From Eledone cirrhosa (taxonomy: Eukaryota): DNA of 64,000 nt. Made by a program: the position numbers and the translations under genes. Location: assembly GCA_964016885.1 (NCBI GenBank), contig OZ024742.1:270072001-270136000 (forward strand), in the 5' to 3' direction. Positions 54,791 through 64,000 of this stretch are shown one piece after another (the first letter of the stretch is position 1; every line of letters starts with the position of its first letter). The notes under the pieces are model-generated. The model made no database searches. It was not told where the DNA came from and worked only from the letters and a program-made list of their open reading frames with translations.

Positions 54791-57700
54791 GGGAAGAAGA
54801 CGCACGAGGTGACGGAGGTCATGAAATCGCTCCCGTAAGTTTTGAATTTTTAACATATTTAAATCATTTGTGAAATAACAACTCTTAGTACAAATGCTAC
54901 GTAAAGCACCCGGCTTGAGCCCCAAAAAATTCGGACCCAAAATATATTGTTATAAGGCTCAAATATTCAAATATTCAACTTTGTATTGTACACTGTATAT
55001 CCCCCCCAAAAAATGGCTATAAATGGAAGAAGAAGACCCCCCCCCCCCCTCCTCTCCTCTGGCTACACTATATAGGACAGCTAAACTCACCAACACCAGA
55101 AGCTAGATACACCACCCACCCCATCATCTGTGTACACTAAACACAACAGCATTTTCACCTTCACCGCCACCGCTCACTGCGGCCATCATTACCACCACTA
55201 TCCCATCACCGCCGCCACCACCCCTTGACTCCTTCACTGCTGCTGCCACCGCTACAGCACCATCACTACAGTAATACGGTCGCATCACCGCCACCACTGC
55301 CTCGGTATCGACATCACCACCACCACTGTCTCAGTATCGCCAACGCCGCCAATCTCCCACTTCTCCCTGCTGGCTGCCACTTCCACATTATAGAATTCCT
55401 ACTACTAACAAAGAGGAAGGCATCAAAATATATAGATAGACTCAAAAGAAAAAAGAAAAAACAAACAACAAAACCAAAGCAGCACAGCAACAACAGCAAA
55501 TAACGAGAAAAACAAACAGAGAAAAACAAAAACAAAAAAAGAAACCCCAAAAACGTAAAGAAAATAAGAATGAAGAGAGAAGCAGGCGGACGGACAGAGA
55601 AGAGGGGGGGAAAAAGTAAAACTTAAAAAACAAAAACTAAGTCAGACATTCGAATACTACATTACAATGAAACTTATGCTTATTCATTTTTGGGGCCCTT
55701 TCTGCCCGTGTGTTTGTTTGTTTATGTGTGTTCGTATACAGCGTGGTGATAATGCCACACAAGGGCCAAGTGGGATGGCGGATCCACAGATGGCTATGTA
55801 AACATACATTCGCCAATCCTCGATAAGAGTGTTTAAATATCGAACATAAACAGTTCGAATAACGGTGAAATGGAGACTAGAACGTCATGTGACAGACTCT
55901 CACCCAACAGGTGCCCCCTGGCTCAGCAGCAGGAACCTGACTGTCAACCAAATACTGCTGATGTTGGAGGAAGAAGAAGAAGGAAAGGGGCCAGAACCAA
56001 CTGGACGAAAGAATTGAATAGAACTGTTATGCAATGCTACCTGAAAAGTAACCCCAAGGAGAGGGGCTACAGGAGACGGATGCATAACATCTGGAACGAG
56101 ATTGGTTTATTTAAATTAGATGAACAAAAATTGGCCGGGCAGGCTCGGGTAATAAGAACTAATGGGTGGATAAGCGAGCTGGAACTGGAGGAACTGAGCA
56201 GAGAGAATGGCTTGGAGATGGCGGGTGTAGTATGCCAGACAAGCGAGCCGGCGGGAAATGAAGGTGAGGAGGTCCTGAGAACGGAGGAACCACCCGAAGC
56301 AGACAATGATCTGAATACTGAGATAAATAATACCTGGAACAGAGATACGGCCACTGAGGAGATGAATGCTGACGGGCTAGGACAAGATTCGGTTGACATC
56401 CTAAATTTAGTGGTAGATGAGTTGAACAATGATAGTGGGAGACCTATGAACCTAAGATTTGTAGACAGGAAAAAGTTAAAAGAAACAACAGCTAAGGTAA
56501 ACAAAGTCATCCCATACCTTGAGGCGAGGTGTCTTCACCAGTGCAACAATATCCTCAAAGCAACAGCAAATACGGTGAGGAAACTACTTGGTATAAAAGC
56601 GAGAGGAAACAACAGACAAGAAAGAGCAGAGCCGTGGTGGAAGAAGCGACTGAGTGGGCAAATCGGGGAAATGAGAAATGACATAGGAAAGCTTGAGTCA
56701 CTACTGAATGGGACACTAAAAAACATAGGCACTAAAAATAGACTGGAAATAAAATACAAAACTAGGAGTAAAAAGCTAAATATTATCATAGAGGAATTGA
56801 GGCAACGCATTGTAGCAAAGAGTGCCAAAACCAGGCGATACGAGAACAGAGTCAGTCAGTATAAACAGAACCGCATGTTCGACAACAACCAGAAGATGCT
56901 GTTTGGACAGCTTGAGGGGAAAGAAAGAGGCAACGACTTGATCCCTGGGGCGGAACAAGCTAAAACATTCTGGAGAGGAATATGGGAGCAGGATGTTAGA
57001 CACAATGCCCAGGCAGGGTGGATTGAGACAGTACAGAGGGAGATCGGTGAGCAGGCACAACAACAGACTGATTTGAGTATCACAGTTGAAACTCTTAAGG
57101 GGCAAGCCAAAAAACTAACCAACTGGAAATCACCAGGCCCAGATGGTGTGCAGGGGTATTGGATTAAACATTTAACATCCCTCCACCCGAAGCTGACGGC
57201 CATGTTCAATGACTGCTTGGTGTCGGGTGAGGTGCCAGAGTGGTTGACAAAAGGTACCACAGTTCTGATAATAAAAGACCGAATCAAGGGTAATGATGTT
57301 ACCAACTATAGACCTATCACATGTCTGCCCGTAATGTGGAAACTGTTGACGAGCATTGTGTCTGAGGAAATCTACCATCACCTCCACACAAACAACTTGT
57401 TACCGGACGAACAGAAAGGATGCCGAAAGAAGTCACGTGGTACAAAGGACCAGTTGCTTTTTGATAAGATGGTAATGGGGAATTGCAGGAGGAGACACAC
57501 TGATCTTGCCATGGGATGGATAGACTACAGAAAGGCATTTGACATGGTGCCTCATTCCTGGATCACCAAAAGCCTGGAGATCTTCAGGGTGGCAGATAAC
57601 ATCAGACAGTTGCTGGGCAGGAGTATGGGGTCCTGGCAGACAGAGTTGACATCAACTGGAGTATCCTTGGGAAGCGTGAAGATCAAGAGAGGTATCTTCC

Positions 57701-59372
57701 AGGGAGATAGCCTGTCCCCTCTGTTGTTTGTCCTTGCCCTGATGCCCTTGACCATTATGCTGCGAAAAGTGAGAGCAGGATACAAGTTGGGAAGGGGAGA
57801 GCTTACCATCAATCACCTCCTCTTCATGGACGATCTTAAGCTCTTCGGGAAAAGTGAGAAGGAGTTGGATGTGCTTGTTGACACTGTCCGTATTTTCAGC
57901 AGTGATATATGTATGCAGTTTGGTATTGGTAAATGTGGAGTCATTGTGATGAAGAGAGGTAGGTTGAGCAGAAGTAACTGGATCCAGATACCAACAGGTG
58001 AGATGATAAAGGAAATTGACTCTGAGGAAGGATACAAGTATTTGGGCGTTCTGGAGGCTGATGGCATAAAGAACAAAAAAATGAAGGAATTGTTAAGAAC
58101 TGAATACATTCGGAGAGTAAGGAGCGTATTGAAGTCACATCTGAACAGCAGAAATGCCATAAGCGCAGTAAATTCCCGAGCTGTGTCTATTATTAGGTAC
58201 AGTGCGGGAATTCTGAGATGGAATGTTGCTGAACAAAAAGAAATGGATAGGAAGACTAGGAAGCTATTGACTATCTACAACATGTTCCACAAGAGGAGTG
58301 ATGTCGATAGACTCTACCTAAGGAGATCTGAGGGTGGAAGAGGTCTTATCAGCATAGAGGACTGTGTTCAGATGGAGAAAAACAACCTATACAAATACGT
58401 GACCTATAGTAAGGAGCCAATGCTCAGAACTGTACTGAAGGAGGGGACAGTAGGCCAGGGGATATCCAAGGAGGAAATAACATCAAGGAGGAAGAGCAGC
58501 CTTAAGGGAAAATCCCTTCATAGTACCTTCTTTGAGAAAACTGAATTTAGAGATCCACAGACATGGAACTGGTTGAGAAGAGGAGACCTCAAAAAGGCTA
58601 CAGAAGGAATGCTAATGGCTGCGCAGGAGCAGGCCCTCAAAACGAAGTGGTTGAAGCACCATATCTACAAGGAGGAGGCTAGCCCACTGTGCAGGATCTG
58701 TGGAGAGAGAGAGGAGACTGTGGCTCACATTGTGTCCGAGTGTAAACACCTAGCCCAGACCCACTATAAGGGCTGGAGACACGATGTGATGGGCAGGGTG
58801 ATCCACTGGCACCTGTGCAAAGTAAACAATCTACCACATTCTGAGAAATGGTATGAGCATAGGCCAGAGGCGGTGATGGAGAACAGTCAGGTGAAGGTGC
58901 TGTGGGATTTTAGGATACAGACGGACAAAAAACTGGAACACAATAGACCTGACCTGGTGGTTGTGGACAAAGAAAAAAGATCGTGCCTGATTGTGGATGT
59001 GGCCTGCCCGTTCGACACGAGAGTGCAAGAGAAGGAGAGGGAGAAAATTAACCGATACCAGGACCTAACGTGGGAGGTGAAAAGGATTTGGAACTGCCAT
59101 GAAGTCAAAGTGATCCCGATTGTCATAGGCGCACTGGGGACTATCTCCAAAGGTTTCCAGGGATGGTTAAAGAAAATCGGCCCCTTCACGCTTTTTGGAA
59201 CGCTTCAAAAGGCATGCTTGCTTGGAACAGCAAGAACCCTCCGATACGTCCTGAATATCTGAGGCTGCAGGTAGTGGCTTGATATTCAATCCAACGGACT
59301 TTCCAGTTAACCAACATCAATGACTGAGATTCAAGGAATAACAACAACGATGGTAATAATAATAATAATAAT
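54790..59372 (+). mobile_element. R4/Dong-like array unit 2 (leader, intact ORF, short 3' UTR, AAT tail)
   Basis: Begins GGGAAGAAGACGCAC after (AAT)n, like units 1 and 3. Confidence 0.95.
55870..59262 (+). CDS. Intact 1130-aa non-LTR retrotransposon polyprotein: RT, CCHC knuckle and restriction-like endonuclease (R4/Dong clade)
   Basis: WKSPGPDG, NYRPITCL, GTKDQL, WIDYRKAFDMVPH, GIFQGDSLSPLLF, HLLFMDDLKLF, CRICGEREETVAHIVSEC, RPDLVVVD..IVDVACPFD..EKINRYQDL. Confidence 0.96.
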   Translation: METRTSCDRLSPNRCPLAQQQEPDCQPNTADVGGRRRRKGARTNWTKELNRTVMQCYLKSNPKERGYRRRMHNIWNEIGLFKLDEQKLAGQARVIRTNGWISELELEELSRENGLEMAGVVCQTSEPAGNEGEEVLRTEEPPEADNDLNTEINNTWNRDTATEEMNADGLGQDSVDILNLVVDELNNDSGRPMNLRFVDRKKLKETTAKVNKVIPYLEARCLHQCNNILKATANTVRKLLGIKARGNNRQERAEPWWKKRLSGQIGEMRNDIGKLESLLNGTLKNIGTKNRLEIKYKTRSKKLNIIIEELRQRIVAKSAKTRRYENRVSQYKQNRMFDNNQKMLFGQLEGKERGNDLIPGAEQAKTFWRGIWEQDVRHNAQAGWIETVQREIGEQAQQQTDLSITVETLKGQAKKLTNWKSPGPDGVQGYWIKHLTSLHPKLTAMFNDCLVSGEVPEWLTKGTTVLIIKDRIKGNDVTNYRPITCLPVMWKLLTSIVSEEIYHHLHTNNLLPDEQKGCRKKSRGTKDQLLFDKMVMGNCRRRHTDLAMGWIDYRKAFDMVPHSWITKSLEIFRVADNIRQLLGRSMGSWQTELTSTGVSLGSVKIKRGIFQGDSLSPLLFVLALMPLTIMLRKVRAGYKLGRGELTINHLLFMDDLKLFGKSEKELDVLVDTVRIFSSDICMQFGIGKCGVIVMKRGRLSRSNWIQIPTGEMIKEIDSEEGYKYLGVLEADGIKNKKMKELLRTEYIRRVRSVLKSHLNSRNAISAVNSRAVSIIRYSAGILRWNVAEQKEMDRKTRKLLTIYNMFHKRSDVDRLYLRRSEGGRGLISIEDCVQMEKNNLYKYVTYSKEPMLRTVLKEGTVGQGISKEEITSRRKSSLKGKSLHSTFFEKTEFRDPQTWNWLRRGDLKKATEGMLMAAQEQALKTKWLKHHIYKEEASPLCRICGEREETVAHIVSECKHLAQTHYKGWRHDVMGRVIHWHLCKVNNLPHSEKWYEHRPEAVMENSQVKVLWDFRIQTDKKLEHNRPDLVVVDKEKRSCLIVDVACPFDTRVQEKEREKINRYQDLTWEVKRIWNCHEVKVIPIVIGALGTISKGFQGWLKKIGPFTLFGTLQKACLLGTARTLRYVLNI

Positions 59373-59377
59373 ATTTA

Positions 59378-62300
59378 GGGAAGAAGACGCACATGGTGGA
59401 TAGAAGGTCGTGAAATCGCTCCCGTAAGTTTTGATTTTTAACATATTTAAATCAATCGTGAAATAACAATTCTTAGTACAAATGATACATAAAATATCCG
59501 GCTTGAGTCCCCAAAAAATTCGGATCCATAATATATTGTTATATCGCTCAAATATTCAATTTTGTATTATACATTTTATATTCAAAAAAGAAAATGGTTT
59601 TAAATGGAAGAAAACCCCCAATGTCTACACTATATAGAACAGCCAAATAACAGCAATTTCACCAACACCAGAAACTAGATACACCACCTACCCCACCACC
59701 CCTCTGTGTACACTAAACACATCAGCCAGATAACGGCAATTTCACCGCCACCACCACCACCACCAATCTCAGCATAATCATAGTAAGTACTATTATTATT
59801 GTCTCAAGTTTTAACAAACTGTTTAATTCCAATATTAAGAAAATATGTCAACACATATACGCGACTAACCCCAGAGATTCACCGATCAAACAAAAATACA
59901 GTTCATTCAACAAAACTCAGTAACGACAACGCCATCACTACAGTCAGCGCCAACGGCCCCCGGTCCATCATTACTACCACTATCCCATCACCGCTGCTAC
60001 CACTCCTTCATTGCTACCACTGCTATTCCCCCATTACCTTCTGTTAACTTACGAAAAGGGAAGATGGCGGTATCAATAGACAATATTAATAAACAAGATT
60101 AATATTTAATTTTGGATCAGGAATGTTAGAGTCGAAAAGGAGGAAAATGACAAAATGACTAACTAACTAAAGATAATTTCACCACCAACACCACCACCAC
60201 TACCACGATGAAAACTCTGGTTAAGTCGACTCACCCGCGATTTCTACTCCAACTTCAACACCATCACTACAGTAATACAACCACATCACCACCACCACTG
60301 CCTAATAATGTATCGCTACCGCCGCTATTCTCTCCTACTACCTCTTGCTATTTGCTGCTAACACAGCACCGCCACCACCACCACCACCACTGCCTCATTA
60401 TCACTATCGCCGCTATTCTCTTCCGCTACCCCCTGCTACATCGTAGAACCACCACTAAAAGAGGAAGGCATAAACATATATAAATAGACTGAATTGATGA
60501 CCCGGTCAAAATCAGAATAACAAAAATCAAAATCAAAGCAGCACAACAACAACGAAAAACGTAAAGAAAATAAGAATGAAGACAAAAACAAACAGACAGA
60601 CAGAGAAGGGAAGGGAAAAACTAAGTCAGACATTCGAACACTAAATTACAATGAAATATATGCTTATTCATTTTTGGGTTTTGTTTTGCCTGTTTGTTTG
60701 TTTGTTTATTTATGTTCGTCTACAGCGTGATAATGCCACACAATATTCACGTGGATTGACGGAACCACCGGAGACGATGAATTCACCGGTGGTTATGTAA
60801 CCATACATTCGCCAATCCTCGATAAGAGTGTTTAAATGTCGAACCTAAACAGTTCGAATAACGGTGAAATGGAGACTAGAATGTCATGTGACAGACTCTC
60901 ACCCAACAGGTGCTCCCTGGCTCAGCAGCAGGGACCTGGCTGTCAACCAAATACTGCTGGTGTCGGAGGAAGAAGAAGAAGGAAAGGGATCAGAAACAAC
61001 TGGACAAAAGAATTGAATAGAACTGTTATGCAATGTCACCTGAAGAGTAACTCCAAGGAGAAAGGCTATAGGAAACGGATGGATAACATCTGGAACGAGA
61101 TTGGTCTACTTAAATTAGATGAACAAAAATTGGCCGGGCAGGCTCGGGTAATAAGAACTAATGGGTGGATAAGCGAGCTGGAACTGGACGAACTGAGCAG
61201 AGAGATTAGCTTGGAGATGGAGGGTGGAGTATGCCAGGCAAACGAGCCGGTGGGAAATGAAGGTGAAGAGGTCGAGAGAACGGAGGAACCACCTGAAGCA
61301 GACAATGATCTGAATGCTGAGATAAATAATACCTGGAACAGAGATACAGCCACTGAGGAGATGAATGCTGATGGCTAGGACACGATTTGGTTGATATCCT
61401 AAACTTAGTGGTAGATGAATTTAACAATGATAGTGGGAGACCTATGAACCTAAGATTTGTAGACAGGAAAAAGTTAAAAGAAACAACAGCTAAGGTAAAC
61501 AAAGTCATCCCATACCTTGAGGCGAGGAGCCTACACCAGTGCAACAATATCCTCAAAGCAACAGCAAATACGGTGAGGAAACTACTTGGTATAAAAGCGA
61601 GAGGAAACAACAGACAAGAAAGAGCAGAGCCTTGGTGGGAGAAACGACTGAGTGGTCAAATCAGGGAAATGAGAAATGACATTGGAAAGCTTGAGTCCCT
61701 ACTGAATGGGACACTAAAAAACATAGACACTAAAAATAGACTGGAAATAAAGTACAAAACTAGGAGGAAAAAGCTAAATATTATCATAGAGGAACTGGAG
61801 CAACGCATTGTAGCAAAGAGTGCAAAAATCAGGCGAGACGAGAACAGAGTCAGCCAGTATAGACAGAACCGCATGTTCGACAACAACCAGAAGATGCTGT
61901 TTGGGCAGCTTGAAGGGAAAGAAAGAGGCAACGACTTGATCCCTGAGGCGGAACAAACTAAAACATTCTGGAGAGGAATATGGGAGCAGGATGTTAAACA
62001 TAATGACCAGGCAGTGAGGATTGAGACAGTACAGAAGGAGATTAGTGAACAGGCACACCAACAAACTGATTTGAGTATCACAGTTGAAACTCTTAGGTAG
62101 CAGGCCAAAAAACTAACCAACTGGAAATCACCAGGCCCAGATGGTGTGCAGGGGTATTAGATTAAACATATAACATCCCTCCACCCGAAACTGACAACCA
62201 TGTTCAATGACTGCTTGATGTCAGGTGAGTTACCAGAGTGGTTGACAAAATGTACTACAGTTCTGATAATGAAAGACCGAATCAAGGGTAATGATGTTAC

Positions 62301-64000
62301 CAACTATAGACCTATCACATGTCTGTCCGTAATGCGGAAACTGTTGACAAGCATTATGTATGAGGAAATCTACCATCACCTCCACACAAACAACTTGTTA
62401 CGGGACGAACAGAAAGGATGCCGAAAGAAGTCACGTGGTACAAAGGGGAGTTACTTATTGATAAGATGGTAATGAGGAATTGCAAAAGGAGACACACTGG
62501 TCTTGCCATGGGATTGATAGACTACAAAAAGGCATTTGACATGGTGCCTCATTCTTGGATCACCAAAACCTGGAGATCTTCAAGGTAGCAGATAACATCA
62601 GACAGTTGTTGGGCAAAAGTATGAAGTCATGGGAAACAGAGTTAACATCAACTGGAGAATCCTTGGGAAGCGTGAAGATCAAGAGAGGTATCTTCCAGGG
62701 AGATAGTCTGTCCCCTCTGTTGTTTGTCCTTGCCCTGATGCCCCTGACCAGTGTACTGCGAAATGTGAGAGCAGGATACAGGTTGGGAAAGGGAGGGCTT
62801 ACCATCAATCACCTCCTCTTCATGGATGATCTTAAGCTCTTCGGGAAGAGTGAGAAGGAGTTGGATGTGCTTGTTGACACTGTCCGTATTTTCACCAATG
62901 ATATATGTATGCAATTTGGTATTAGTAAGTGTGGAGTCATTGTGATGAAGAGGGGTAAGTTGAGCAGAAAAAACGGAATCCAGGTACCAACGGGTGAGAT
63001 GATAAAGGAAATTGACTCTGAAGAAGGATACAAGTATTTGGGCGTTCTGGAGGCTGATGACATCAATAACAAAAAAATGAAGGAATTGATAAGAACTGAA
63101 TACATTCGGAGTGTAAGGAGCGTATTAAAGTCACATCTGAACAGTAGGAATGCCATAAGTGCAGTAAATTCCCGAGCTGTGTCTATTATTAGGTACAGTG
63201 CGGGAATTCTGAGATAGAATGTTGCTGAACAGAAATAAATGGATAGGAAGACTAGGAAGCTATTGACTATCTACAACATGTCCCACAAGAGGAGTGATGT
63301 CGATAGACTCTACTTAAGGAGATCTGAGGGTGGAAGAGGTCTTATCAGCATAGAGGACTGTGTTCAGATGGAGAAAAACAACCTACACAAATACGTGACT
63401 GATAGTAATGAGCCAATGCTCAGAACTGTACTGAAGGAGGGGACAATAGGCCAGGGGATGTCCAAGGAGGAAATAACATCAAGGAGGAAGAGCAACCTTC
63501 AGGAAAAATCCCTTCTAAGTACCTTCTTTGAGAAAACTGAATTTAGAGATCCACAGACATGGAACTGGTTGAAAAGAGGAGACCTTAAAAAGGCTACAGA
63601 AGGAATGTTAATGGCTGCGCAGGAACAGGCCCTCAAAACGATGTGGTTGAAACACCATATTTACAAGGAGGAGGCTAGTCCACTGTGCAGGATATGTGGA
63701 GAGATAGAGGAGACTGTAGCTCATATCGTATCCGAGTGTAAACACCTAGCCCAGACTCACTATAAGGGCTGGAGACATGATGTGATGGGCAGGGTGATCC
63801 ACTAGCACCTATGCAAAGTAAACAATTTACCACATTCTGAGAAGTGGTATGAGCATAAGCCATAGGCGGTGATAGAAAACGATCAGGTGAAGGTGCTGTG
63901 GCATTTTAGGATACAGACGGACAAGAAACTGGAACGCAATAGACCTGATTGGTGGTTGTGGACAAGGAAAAAAGATCGTGCCTGATTGTGGATGTGGCCT
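59378..64000 (+). mobile_element. R4/Dong-like array unit 3 (leader plus disrupted ORF from ~60869; runs off the window)
   Basis: Collinear with unit 2; multiple stops and frameshifts. Confidence 0.93.

Overview
AT-rich, repeat-saturated eukaryotic DNA. The dominant tRNA-derived SINE and the microsatellite spectrum look like a coleoid cephalopod (octopus-like); that is an inference. No host gene is confidently recognisable. The left half (about 1-29 kb) is a (TA)n-microsatellite landscape holding three decayed Penelope-like elements (PLEs). It also holds many unrelated short inserts that carry type I hammerhead-ribozyme (HHR) motifs and form fold-back structures. The standout is a non-coding 593-bp unit repeated in tandem and inverted at 7.8-10.6 kb and again at 22.4-23.4 kb. 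Each monomer carries an HHR with a covariant U3-A8 core (UUGAUAA), a long helix II insert and a perfectly palindromic helix III, i.e. a retrozyme-like element. The right half (about 29-64 kb) is a dense non-LTR retrotransposon cluster organised around (AAT)n. It contains three minus-strand L1/Tx1-like copies, then R4/Dong-like RT-RLE elements in a head-to-tail array with one intact 1130-aa ORF, a shared ~1.1-kb leader resembling an L1/Tx1 5' end, and a nested non-autonomous Helitron. All RNA folds and protein-family calls were made by eye and have not been computed or searched.
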